64,000 bases of DNA from Vitrella brassicaformis CCMP3155 (lineage: Eukaryota > Protista > Chromerida). The notes below the pieces were generated by a model. That model was given only the letters and a program-made list of their open reading frames with translations. It was not told where the DNA came from and searched no databases. The translations under genes and the position numbers were made by a program. Position 1 is the stretch's first letter; each line of letters opens with the position of its first letter. Shown here in pieces: positions 36,101 through 48,020 of this stretch. The stretch is from contig CDMY01000738.1 of the NCBI GenBank assembly GCA_001179505.1, forward strand, positions 220,790 to 284,789. Direction: 5' to 3'.

Positions 36101-36458
36101 AACAGATCTTTGCACACCATCGTCTCACCATCTTGTAGGCCTCTCCAGTGAAGAAGAGAGGCTGCACGATACTCATACCGCTGTGACCTCTCCGGCTGCT
36201 GTGCGGATGCGATAACAGCCGCGAGGTCGGCGAGATCGCAAACGAATTCGATACCACGCGGCTCACAACGGCACGACGCTTGTAAAGGCCAGCTCTCCTG
36301 GCAAGCATGCAGGCGAGAGCGATCTCACCAGAGCTGAGCTCGCAGATGCCTAGGGTGCTACCTGAAACCGCTCCTGCTGGGAAACATCGCTGCCGGGAAA
36401 CAGCAAAATAGGCGCTCAGCCTCCATCGGGGCTCTAGAAGGCCTGCCGGCTGCGGCAT
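32544..36458 (-). CDS. Penelope-like-element (PLE) type reverse transcriptase, endonuclease-less, 13 exons / 12 introns, intact (789 aa from ATG 36308, 839 aa from ATG 36458)
   Basis: Exons on the minus strand: 36458/36308-36129, 36047-35992, 35897-35611, 35482-35252, 35175-34928, 34852-34694, 34607-34464, 34397-34311, 34206-34143, 34059-33499, 33057-32961, 32882-32769, 32685-32544. All introns are GT-AG, all phases are compatible, and there are no internal stops. PLE motifs appear in order: HVWTADMS...ALSKGTPFRP, PADKAAANFVVVC, YWIPKMHKQP..VRLI, TFDIEALFTSIPHDDL, QHAGIPMGTNAGPQMADLYL..YE, YRYMDD, IYPQWLTI, TYLG, then a thumb region and TAG. Confidence 0.9.
33131..33430. other. Assembly gap (300 N); others at 22946-23245, 37984-38283, 49752-50051 and 60155-60454
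   Basis: Runs of exactly 300 N are scaffold placeholders. Four of the five abut poly-G or poly-C runs. Confidence 0.99.
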
Positions 36459-36570
36459 CTTGCATGAAATGGCAGCACTGTAGCGCCGTACACACGCCCC
36501 TCCCTCCCTCCCCCTCCCCCTGTTTGCTGCCGCCGGTTTTCCCCGCCCCGGCGGCTCTCCTGCTGCTGAT

Positions 36571-37452
36571 ATGGCGTCAATTTTCGTCCTCCTCGTGGTG
36601 TGCGCCCTCAGTGCCCTTCTGCCCCTCCCGCCGCTGTGTGTCAACGCTCAGGCCCCAGGGCTCGACGCCAGATGGAAAGGGAAGTACGAGGTGGTTGACG
36701 AGCACGGCAGGTGCGGCTCGCCGAGCGGGACGGAGGCTGAGTTCACTGGGAGGGGCTTCGCCATCAACACCTGTCTGAGCGCCTGTGAAGCCAACCCTGA
36801 TTGCGGCGGCATCTAGTAGGCAGCAGGGGGGGGAGAGAGGGAGGTGGTATGAGGACCGAAAACGTGGTGGTTTGTTCTGTCGTGTCGGCTTCAGTTTTCC
36901 TGACGTTGAAGCCGATGGCGGTGGGTCAATAACGAGACAAAGCCTCCGCGAATTGCACTGTCTGTCTGTCTGTCTGCCGTGTGTGCTGCCCTCTTTCGTT
37001 CGATCGGTGCAGGTCCCCTCATTCAGAGCGAGTGCGGTTTGTACATGGACGAGCAGCCGGTGGTCATCGGCGACGTCATCTGCAAAAGCTACGACAAAAA
37101 GACAGGCCACTTCACCTGGGTCAGCTTCGGCGACTGCCGAAAGGACAAGGGCGTGCCGCCGTTGTGTAAGCCTGCCTGCCTGTCTGCCCTTCCCTTCCCC
37201 CACACACAACAATGACGGCTTTCTCTTTGTTTGACCTTGTGTGTTGCAGCGTCTGTGGAGCTTGACCTTGCTTCGCTCAAGATCAATACTGAGCCGACGT
37301 GTCAGCATACGTGTCGGGGGAACCCCGAGTGTGTGGGGATAGAGTACGACCCGCACAACCCCGTTTCGCAGTGTGAGGTCATCACCGACGGGCCCATCAC
37401 ACGTGCCTTCCTCGCGAGATGCTACAAGAAGGTCGACTTTCCTCCTTCATGA
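36571..37452 (+). CDS. Secreted protein with two tandem PAN/Apple-like domains (4 exons including a 26-nt micro-exon)
   Basis: Signal peptide MASIFVLLVVCALSALLPLPPLCVNA. Domain 1: GRCGSP...TCLSACEANPDCGGIY|FPDVEADG|GPLIQSECGLY...ICKSY. Domain 2: GDCRKD...TCQHTCRGNPECVGIEY...QCEV...RCYKK. The C-x3-C-x5-C-x-G-x2-Y spacing is typical of Apple domains. Confidence 0.78.
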
Positions 37453-38794
37453 CCCATTCATTGGTGTGGTGTGGTGGGGTGTGTTGGGGTGGGGGATGTG
37501 GGCATTTGTTTGCCACGAATGCGGCCAGGCTTTTGGTGAATCAAGACGTGATCCACGTGATCCATTAACAAACACAGCACTGACTGCACTGTGATTCATG
37601 TTGGTTGGAGAAAGAGAGAGTGGATGGATGGATGGATGGGTGGGCGGATGGATGGATGGTGTGCTCCCAAATGTCTATCTATTTCATGCCCGTCTGTCTA
37701 CAGGCTCTGGTGTGCGTGTCATGAAGGGACGGACGAGTGAAGGCGAGTAGGTTGGCATGGCTTGGCTGGCGTGATTGTGAAAAAAAGGTGTGAACATTCG
37801 TGTGGCAGGTTAGGTGTGACACAAGAGAGAGGCTGTTTTTTCTGCGACAGGTTGGTAGATAGATGCCGTCTCAAGCAGGGCGCGCTTGCGTTGCGTACAC
37901 ACGTGCGTAGGCGTATCTGCTGCGTCTTGTTTCACACCGGTTCCTCCATCTGGCTGCTTGTGCGTGTCCCCCCCCCCCCCCCCNNNNNNNNNNNNNNNNN
38001 NNNNNNNNNNNNNNNNNNNNNNNNNNNNNNNNNNNNNNNNNNNNNNNNNNNNNNNNNNNNNNNNNNNNNNNNNNNNNNNNNNNNNNNNNNNNNNNNNNNN
38101 NNNNNNNNNNNNNNNNNNNNNNNNNNNNNNNNNNNNNNNNNNNNNNNNNNNNNNNNNNNNNNNNNNNNNNNNNNNNNNNNNNNNNNNNNNNNNNNNNNNN
38201 NNNNNNNNNNNNNNNNNNNNNNNNNNNNNNNNNNNNNNNNNNNNNNNNNNNNNNNNNNNNNNNNNNNNNNNNNNNNNNNNNNNCCCCCCCCTCTCCCCTC
38301 CTGACCCCTATGGCTTCACGTAAGCTTTAGTACATCTACCGTAACTGTGAGAAAGAGTGTGCGGACCATATGCTGTGATGTCACCCTCAATGAGCTGTTG
38401 ATACGATTCGCACAGGCGTCCAACAGTTCTCCACTCCTGCATCACATTTCGGCCAACCGTCGGAGATACCCGAGTGCTGCGTCATGAGAGTCGCTGCACT
38501 TGGGGTAGGTACAGCGACCATGGGCGGCGGCGCACTCAGGGAAGCCACGACGCTCGGCCAAAATTGAGAAGCATCCATCCATCCATCCAGTGGGCAAAGA
38601 GAGAGAGAGGGCGGGGGGAGACACCAATCACACACACACCACCACACCACCACTCATACAAGATGGCCGGCCACGTGTGGTCGCCTCGCGCACACGGGCA
38701 TTGGCACAGGCACCAGAGGGCATCTCATCTGCCTAGACAAAATCACACACAAATATAGAGTGAGTTATCGACATAACACACCACCGACAGTCAG

Positions 38795-41700
38795 TCAGGC
38801 CCCCCCGCCCCATCTCACGACGAAAATCATGCTCCCCCTGTCGTCTTCCTCTCTCCTGCTGCTACTGCTACTACTACTGCTGCTTCTGACCGGCCCGCCG
38901 CTGCTGTAGTACACGAGCTTGCCGTCCGTCGCACTCATCAGCGGCGGCACGTATGAGCCCATCTCCAGTGCAATCCGATACAGCGGTTTCTGACGCACGG
39001 TCGTCCCCACATACCCATACCCATAACCCCCTTTCCTCCCTCTCTGCCTCGCTCCCGTCGTCTGCTTCTGCTTCTCCTTCTCCGGAGGACACACCGAGGC
39101 GAGCAGATCCTCCTTCTCACTCCCCCGTCCATCACTGCCCGGCCAGATCTCTGCCGTGAGCACCGACCCCTGCCGCGCCAAAATGACGAGCACTCCGTGC
39201 AGAGGGTTGCCGAGACAGTCCTCAAGGAAGGTGCGCGACGGATCTGCCGACCGCAGGATGATGCGCCCCGCGCTGTCGATGGTTGTGACCAGTGGGGAGG
39301 GGAGGGAGGGGGAGGGGCGGGAGGGTGGTGATGGCTGGGAGAGGGGAGGGGGTGGGGGTCGGGGTGGGGGAGAAGGGGTGGTGGTGGTGGTTATGGTGGT
39401 GGTGGTGGTGGCGCGGGTGTGTGTGGGGAGGTGCTCGTCAAGGTCGATGTACTGCAATCGAACGGGAAGCAAGCCGCTGTCATTCACGACACAACCTGAC
39501 ACAAACATAGGCAGAGAGAGAGAGAGAGAGATGATTCTCCCATACCTTCCACCACCCCTCTTTATGCCTCTCCTCTGTCTGCCTACCGGTGATGCATTTG
39601 GTCGGGAGGGTGTTCCGCACCCACGTGGGCATGCTGCCAGTGGCCGCCATGCGGTGCAGCTCAGCACGGCACTTGGACGCGGTGCACGCGAAGAATGACG
39701 GCAGGTAGTGCCCGCGGAGAGGCGCATAACCGGACAGCCAGCACGACTGCACCACACACACACACACATGGCGAATGCCATCCATCCATCCATCCATCCA
39801 TTGTGCTTTCTTGCCTTTAGTCTGAGCACTGGTGAGGGGACTTTGTCCCGCTCTTGGCACGAGAACACCAGGACCTCCTCGTACTTGGGCAGCGCCACCA
39901 GCAGGAAAGGCTTGTAGGCGTGGAAGCCCATCGACACGCCCCGGAAGCCGAGCGCAGTCGGGATGGCGTGACGATTCGCGAACGTCAGAGGGCCCAGCAA
40001 ACGGCCTGCACACACGTGAAGACGTGAACACGCGAAGGCGGCGTCGGCCGATGCTTCCTTCTGCCTGGCGCACCATGTGTGTCGAACACTCTAAGAGTCC
40101 CATCTTCGCAGCATGAGGCCATCAGGCCGTCTCGCGCTTCACCGAGCTGGTTGCCGGGGTGGATCTCCACCTTCTTGACAGTAATGCTCTCGTTCACGTT
40201 TATAGAGCGACCAACGCCACCGCCGATTGCGCCCGTTGGATCCGCAGACGCCGACGCAGAGGAGGAAAAAATACCCCTCGGGCTATGATTGACGACACAC
40301 ACCCACGGCCCCACATATTGCGACGAGTGCTGTGCTCCATCCATCCATCCATCCATGCATCCATCCATCCATCGTGGTCACTCACTCGGTGTAGCTGCAG
40401 TAGTTGGCGTAGAAGGCGAGCCACTCGGCGGCACTTGTTGCCGGGAGGGCGTTGCGCGGGACGATGGGAGGGGGACGGTCGTGTGTGACGTGCCGCACGA
40501 AGGCCCACTCCTGCAGAGAGGCCGAGTCGAGCGGCAGGTGGGTGGGCACGCGAAACACCAGCACCACCTGACACATGGATGGATGGATGGATGGGGAGAT
40601 CGACTGTGTGTTGGTGTCTTCTTACCGTGGCGATGGCAGCGATGAGCAGCCGGCCGTCGTAAGACATGTCCTCCACCTGAACGCGCCAGAGAAAGACACA
40701 CACATGGACCCACAATGATACATCTGTGTGGCGTCTCGGTGTGTCTTCGTTTCGTTTGTGTACGGACTTCTTCCTCTGCGAGATGGTCCAGCACCGGCGG
40801 CAGTGGGTGCACCAGCTGCCGCCAACTCCTGTCCCCACTGCCGCCCGAGTAAGCCTGCAGGCAACACAACACAACACACCACACCACGACACACACACAC
40901 AAGAAAGAATTCGGTCTCCACTTGCTTCTCTTCGTTGCTGCACCCGCGCCCACCCACCCCGCGGACCCTTTGGTAAACGTTGTTTGTGACCCAGAGGCCC
41001 GCTAGACACGCAGAGGGGCGCATCAATGAGGAGGGGCAGGGGTGGGAGACGTCGGCACTTGACGAGCTGCTGCTGCTGCTGGTAGCGGAAGCCGGCGGCG
41101 GCGCAGAGATGGAGGGGCTGCTCACGCTCCGCTGAAGACACACAAATGCACATAAACACAGAGATACCGACGCATGAGCATTGAGAAGAGAGTTTCTGTA
41201 TCGTCCCACCTGCTGGTGCTGGCGCTGGTGTGGCCTGGGTGGGCGCCCCGGTCTCCTGCCCGGCTGTGGCTCGTTCATGGCCCACACAGAGATCTTGCAC
41301 CCCTGATGGCCGAGAGCGACGTACTGGCCGTCGAGGGCAGACACCGATGTGACGTGGTTGTGCTGCAAACCGGCCCGGAGGAAGCCATGTTGCAGGGAGT
41401 ACCCTGTGCACACACAACAGACAGAGAGAGGCGGTAGATGGGTGGCACCATCGGCCGCCCCCAACACACACACACACACACACACACCTGTGTGTGAGAA
41501 CCGCCCCTGCCTGCACGCCTCGCGCATCTGATTGGTCGACAGACAGGCAGACAGACAGACAGACACACACACATAGAGATAGAAGATACTCATGCAGTCT
41601 CTCTGTCTCTCCCCGTCTCTCTGTCTGGGCACCTCACTGTCTGTGTGTACCTGTGCAGCTCTTCTCAGCAGCGCCCGACAGTCCACATGGCGGTCGTCAT

Positions 41701-42414
41701 CAGACTCATGATCTGTCTGAGCCGGGCCGTCATAATCATAATGCAGGTGGGCGATGGTCAGCCAGAAGTTGGCGTTGTCGAAGATGTTTAGACACCAATC
41801 CTGCAAAGCAGAACATGACAAACACACAGAGATGGGATGATGGGATAGGTCTGATAGGTGCAGCCCATCTTTGTATGTGTTGACCTTGCAGACGAGCTGC
41901 AGCCTGAGCAGCTGCGGCGGCCTGAGGTAGCTGAGCATGCCCACCATCATTTCACGCGGCAGAGGAAGCTCTGAACGCACCCACACAGAGGGAGGTAGGG
42001 AGGTGACAACAGACCGCTCTTGTTTGTGTGCTCACGGTCCTTGACTTGCTGCAGTCCGCCCGGCCCGTTGCCGTCATTGTCATTGTCATGGTCACCCTCT
42101 TCCGCCCTCTCCTCCTCTCCCCTCCTGCGATACCTCTCACGCCACCTCTCGTCAGCACCACCATAACCAATGCCACCAGCACCAGTTATTGGTGGTTGCA
42201 CTCCTGTCATCTCCGTATCCATCTCTGTTAATACTTCAGCGCCTTCTCTGCATTCATCGGGCCCGTCGCTGCCGCCCTCGCCCTCTCGCGTCCCTCTCCG
42301 TGTCGTCGACGCGCGTCGCACTGTCGACGAAGGAAGACAGTTACGAAGAGCGGCAAGAAAGGAGCTGCCGCTCGATGGAGCTGCTGAGTCGAAGCTGCCG
42401 TACGGCGACGCCAT
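38795..42414 (-). CDS. F-box protein with WD40-like repeats, multi-exon
   Basis: F-box LPLPREMMVGMLSYLRPPQLLRLQLVCK|DWCLNIFDNANFW. WD-like ends include VALGHQGCKISVWAM, MASCCEDGTLRVFD and VTTIDSAGRIILR. The first exon from ATG 42414 joins in phase and the stop is at 38795. Confidence 0.72.
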
Positions 42415-42595
42415 TGGCAGTGTGTCCGGTCAGTCAACGGTGAACCATCGAAATCTCACCGTGACCAAGGAAGGCGACGAATTGGGAGAGCTCGGAGGAA
42501 AGCGCGCGTTGAGCATTCCCGGATCTCGTGGCTCCGCGTGGGTAGCTTGGCGTCTAGCTGGTCGCTGTAGCAATCTGTCGTCGAGTGCTGCTGCA

Positions 42596-44941
42596 ATGAC
42601 TGATCTCGTCGAGCCGTCAATCAGTGTCAGTTTCGCCAGCGACGGCGAAGAGCCGCTGGTTGTGAAAGAGACTCCCCTACATCAGTACAAGTACTTCCAG
42701 AAGGTCAGACACACAGCACCAGACGCAGCAGATCAGAAATGCACATCGGCCCGCTTCGTCTGTGTGTTCGTGCAGGTGTTGGACGGTGAGTTCCAAGAGG
42801 GCCAGCAGCGTCAAGTGTGCATCAAGGAGGTAGTCAATCGAGCCATCGGTGTGGTGGTGCTGCAGCACGGGGCCGACATCATAGATTCGCTGACCAAGGA
42901 CAACCTGCTGGACGCGATGATCGCCCTCGACTACCTGCAGTTCGACACCGACAAGATCTTCACACCGGGCAGCAACCAAAGCCTGCTCTGGGGCATCCAC
43001 CGACGGGTACATGGCGGATCTTTATCTTTATACATACATACTCAATGGACGTGATCCAACCTGTCAGGTGGTGCTGGAGCGCTGGCTTGCCGACAAGCAG
43101 CTGGCCGAAAGCCTCTTGGACAGCTTCTCCCCCTACGCCTTCATCGCCCGCTTCATCCACCAGCACCCGGACATTCGCACGGCCCTCATGCCGGCACTGC
43201 GCAAGAAGCCCGACGTCATCAGTGCCCAGTGGCGTCGGTGTGTGAGAGGGGAGGACGAGACGAATGACGCCGTCAAGGCGGCCATCAGCCTGGTGGACAG
43301 TCTGGTGGACGGGCTGTCGTTTGGCCGCATCGATATGAGCTGTCAGGAGGTTGGCCGGTTCATCACAGCTGCGACGGGCAGCACGTCGCTCGCTGCAGCG
43401 CACGGTGAGGGGAGAGGCGAGAGGCATGCTGTCAGCACTCACAGGAATGCACTCTTGATCTGCAGGTTCGGTATTCGAGAGGGACATTTTCACTCGGTCC
43501 GCCACCGACAGCGCCTACCCCTTCGCCAACAGCCAGCGGAGGTCGGCCAGATGCGGCGGTATCGACTTCGACGTGGCCGCCCTTCCCCACCCCTTCACCA
43601 TTCAGCCATGCGGCGACTCGCATCCCAACGCCATGCGCGACGGCAATGGGAAAATTGCAGACGTCGGCGGCTGGCACATCGCCTTCAAAAGCGTCGACGA
43701 GGGCGCGAAGGGGGAGTCGTTTGTGAGGTGCTTCGCTGCTGACGGCTCTCTGGAGATCGCCAGTGGTGGTGACAGCGATGGCACAGTCCGGCTGTACGGA
43801 GACCTCGAGATGATAGGGAGGATCCACATGGGGGACGACGGCCCGTCTGTGCGGCGCTTCGTTCTGCAGATGCTGGGAGATGGGATTGAGACGAAAGCCA
43901 CCCCACGCAACATCTCGCGCGAGTCGCTGGTGCAGCAGGGGGTGGGAGAGGCGCGGCTCAAGGACGTCAAGATGACCATGACGGTGCGACACTTCCCGAT
44001 GCGCGCTCTCGCCCTGCACTACCTCCGGCTGTGTGTCAAGGCGGGGCGATGGGATGACGTCACACACATGGCCAGGTGAACAACGAGGGAGCACAAACGC
44101 ATTAACGCACAGACACACTGGTGGTGCATTGCTCGATTGGTGTTCGCCTTTGCAGGTCGATCCATCGCGAGGTCGCTCTTCACATGCTGGTGTTCCTGGT
44201 CAGGGCGCGCGACCACCGCCTCCGACTCATGCTGTCCTGGGCGGCGGCGGTCGGCGATCTGCCTGAGAAGCGCTGTGATCGCATTGTATCGAGGCTGACG
44301 ACCGATTTCATTGAGAAGAATCCTGCTGAAGCGGCCGCCGTCCTTCCCATCATACCCTCCCTCCCATCAGCAGTGCAGAGGGCCTTCAAGGATGCTCTCA
44401 AGGGAGCGGTTGCCGCACAAGATGACGAATGCTTCCACCAGCTGTACGATGCTCTCGTCAAGGTTAGCCGATCCTATTCCGTTGTCTGATTGTCTCTGTG
44501 TCCTCTCAGCCTCTCACCCTCTCTGTCTGTGTGCTTGGATGTGTCTTTGGCACACAGGAGGCGGCCGCTCGGCAGAAGGCTCATGAAGCCGAGCGGCTAC
44601 AGCTGCGTGAGGAGAGAGATCAGGTGCGTCAAGTACCAGCCACACCGGTTCCTTTCTCTGTGCCCCGTTTCTCTATGTGTGTACTCGCCTTGGCTGTGCA
44701 GGAGGCGGCCTGTCGGCAGCGTTTCGAGGCCGAGAACGAGCAGCTGCGACAGGCGATAGATCAGGTGCATACCCATAATTGCTACGATTGAAGCAAACGT
44801 CTTTGTGTCTGTCGTCTGTCTGTCACTCAGTTGCGTCGCGGAACGAAGCGGCCACGAGAGGAGATGGAGGGCCACCACCACCAGCACCACCAGCAGCAGC
44901 AGCAAGAAGAGCGCGAGGCGGACCACGACATGAAGTCGTAA
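42596..44941 (+). CDS. BTB/POZ-like domain protein with a C-terminal coiled coil (lineage-specific family), multi-exon
   Basis: N-terminal BTB-like YKYFQK|VLDGEFQEGQQRQVCIKEV...LTKDNLLDAMIALDYLQ. Long coding exons span 43066-44462 and short coiled-coil exons end at TAA 44939-44941. Confidence 0.7.
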
Positions 44942-45932
44942 TGGGTGGTAGTCCTGCGGCTGTGTGCTCGATTGTCTCGTTACGGTGACAGAGAGAGGTT
45001 TTGATGGCGCGTGCATGCCCTCTCTGTTGCTCCCTCCCATGTCATGGGTGGAGTGGCCTGGGTGGTGGGTACACATGCTCTGCTGCCTGCCTGCCTGTGT
45101 ACAGCTGCCCGCCCGCCCGCCCGCCTGCCTGTCTGCCCCGCTCCCTCCCCCTCGTGTCTGTCGATAGTTTAGTCGCCACAGCTGTGCCCATCCCCTCTTT
45201 TTCTGTCGTGATACGCACACCGCACATATGGGTGATCGGAGGGTAGGTCACCGCATGATGTTTTGCCTTTTGTCTCTGGACCACTCCGTCTGTCTGACAC
45301 TCACTCGCCCACACGCGGTGTCTGGTTTTGATGACTGACTGACTGACTTACTGACTCCAGTGTGCGCCTGAGTGAATCAATGAATCAATGAATGAATGGA
45401 ATACACTGACTGAATGCACACATGTGGCCTCACGGGTAGCACCTCCCTCCCTCCCTCCCACACCCTCCCTCACTCAGCTCTCGCGAGTCAAGATATCCAT
45501 CCACACGTGCCTCAATTGCAAGCGACTGTTGCACTGCAACCCGGCGTGCCTCTCTGCCTGCTTCACATCTGCACACCTGCCTCTTGTGAGAGCCGCAGAT
45601 CCGCATCTCTCCGTTTACAAGCTCGCATCCGTCCCTTCGTGAAACCGCTCTACTCTCTGCCTCTCTCTCCAGAGTCACTGGAAAGATGGAAGGCAGGGCA
45701 GGGAGCTATGCACCGACTTCGGCAACATCACTGTGCTCTATTTTCAACTTGCTGCCTCTCGGCGGCTGACTGACTGACCGACTGAATAGCCAGAGAACCA
45801 AAGAGAGCGTGGGATCGCCCTTTGCTTCGTTTTCGTTATATCTTTCCCTCCCTCCCGACCGCCGTGCCTTCGTATCCGCCCCTTTATCCGTCGCCCAATC
45901 TCATCCGTGTGGCCGCCAACGTTGCCGCTTCG

Positions 45933-48020
45933 ATGTCCACAGGGCCTCTAGGCCCGCCCACCGCCTTCCCGTCCCAATCGCCGCCTGGACAGGCCATCCC
46001 GACCAGCCATGGAGTGTCGATGCAGCACCAAAACATGCAGCAGGGGGTGGGAGGAGGGGTGCCGACCGCTGGTTCTGTCGGTGCTGTGGGTGCGGCGGTG
46101 GCTGGCGGTGCGCCACACAAGCAGGGCAAGGCGGCCATCGCTCATGGGCCGTGTTACATGAAGCTGCTGGTCGACAACTTCGTGGCGGGATCTATCATCG
46201 GCCAGAGAGGTGAGGGACGGAGGGAGGGAGGGAGAAAGCACAGGAGGTGGCCGAACACACACACTTGAGAGTGACTGACGTCTGTGTGTGTTTGCCGACC
46301 GATAGGTTCAGTGATAGCGATGATGGAGCGTGACTGTGGTGTGATCATGAAGCTGAGTCCGACCAACGTCTACTTCCCCGGCACACAGGACCGCATCGTC
46401 GTCATGGGCGGGAGGATGGACGCACTACACCGGGCACTCAGAGAAATACTCGTACGCTGCCTACACACATGCACACTTCCGCGCATCAGCACAGACGCAC
46501 CTCTCTCTCTCTCTCTCTCTGTCTGCGCGCGTGTGTGTGTGCGTGTGTGTGTGTGTGTGTGTATCCAGAAGAAGGTGCAGGAGAGCGCGGCCATCAACGG
46601 CCCAGCCTTGCCACACGAAGGCCGCGGCCCCCGGCCCATTCTGTGTCAGATGGTCGTGCCCGAGACCACCATCAGTGCCGTCATTGGCAGGGGAGGAGAG
46701 AAGCTCAAGGCGCTGCAGGCCAGGACGCAGGCCAAAGTACACGTGGCCAACAAGGGGTCAGTCGATCGGCGGGGAGAGAGAAAAAGATGGAGAGAAAAAT
46801 CACGTGTGTGCGTGTTGTGCTGTCAGTCCTGCGTTGGGCGGGCCGAGTGCCGTTGCCCTCTCCGAGCGCATCATATCGGTCAACGGGCCGCAGGACGCCG
46901 TGTACGAGGCCATCGCACACATCGCAGAGAGCATACAGGTCAGTGTCGCATCACACCACACCACACCATGTAAACACACAGACACGACAGTGCCGTGTGG
47001 CGCTGTGACCTGACGGGTGCAGGGTGACCCGAGTCTGAAGGAGTACCTTGATGTGAACTATGAGGGGCTGGCCGGCGCCAGAGGGCCATACGGAGATGAC
47101 TCGAGGCCAACATCTCTCCCGCACAACATATCATACGGTGGGTACACCACACACACACAGACAGCCACACACACAGACGACCACAGCCACACAGAAGTGT
47201 GTGTGTGGTCGTCTGTGTGGCTTGGCCGTTCTGCAGAGATATATCAGCAGTCGTGTGAGATTGACATGAAGATCCCCGACCTCCTTGTCGGTGCCGTCAT
47301 CGGCAAAGGCGGATCCTCGCTGCAGGACATCACAAACGTAGGCATTACTTTTCTTCTAATGTGGTTTTGTCCATGTCTGTCTGTCTATTCCGTTGGTGTG
47401 GGTGCGTTCACTGGTCAGACAAGCGGCGCCAAGATACAGATAAGCCAGAAGGGCGACTACTATGAGGGCACGCGGGACAGGAAGGTCACTCTGCAAGGTG
47501 AGGCAACGGACACACCGATCGACACACCCGCACACTGCAAGGATGGTATGGTGGTGCAGGCTCTGTGACGTCCGTGCACACGGCCCACGTGTTGCTGCTG
47601 CAGCGCATCACCGAGGCCGAGTCCGCCAACCTCCGGTCGCCCCACTCGTCTGTCGACCCCTCTCTCGTCCCACCCAACACCGACGTCCCATCGCAGACCA
47701 CTACCGTGCGGCTGCCCACCTACCCCCAAACCCCTCCCCCACCAGCCATATCCGCGCCACAGCAGGCCCCCAGCAGCGAAAGTGCAAGCGTCCTGCCGTC
47801 CGCACAGCCGCAGGGCGGCTTCTCCTTCGCTCAATACGCTCGTGCGCGGCCGTTCCCCGCCTACAATGCCACGAATGCCTTCTACCCGGCGCACATCGGT
47901 TGGGATGCCTACACAATGGGGCAGCTGGGGCCGGCTGGGCAGACGACGCAGATGCAGCAGCAACGACAACAAGGCCAGCAGCAGCAGAGCCAGCAGCAGC
48001 AGGGGCTAGGGAGGTACTGA
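45933..48020 (+). CDS. Three-KH-domain RNA-binding protein (Nova/BTR1-like), multi-exon
   Basis: KH1 MKLLVDNFVAGSIIGQR|GSVI...YFPGTQDRIV. KH2 MVVPETTISAVIGRGGEKLKALQARTQAKVHV. KH3 MKIPDLLVGAVIGKGGSSLQDITN|TSGAKIQISQKG...TRDRKVTLQG. A Gln-rich tail follows. Confidence 0.9.

Noticed and set aside
32544-36458. The RT as telomerase (TERT), an rvt gene, or a LINE/LTR pol
   Set aside because: Motif B' is GIPMG and motif 1 is YWxPKxHK, which are PLE-type rather than TERT GIPQG with a T motif. It has no APE/RLE endonuclease, RNase H or integrase, and no rvt-type YADD. A phylogeny is still needed for a formal placement.
38330-38560. Microsatellite-free stretch between the PAN and F-box genes
   Set aside because: No frame gives a recognisable protein and no consistent splice sites were found. 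It could be UTR or a relic, and it lies next to a gap.
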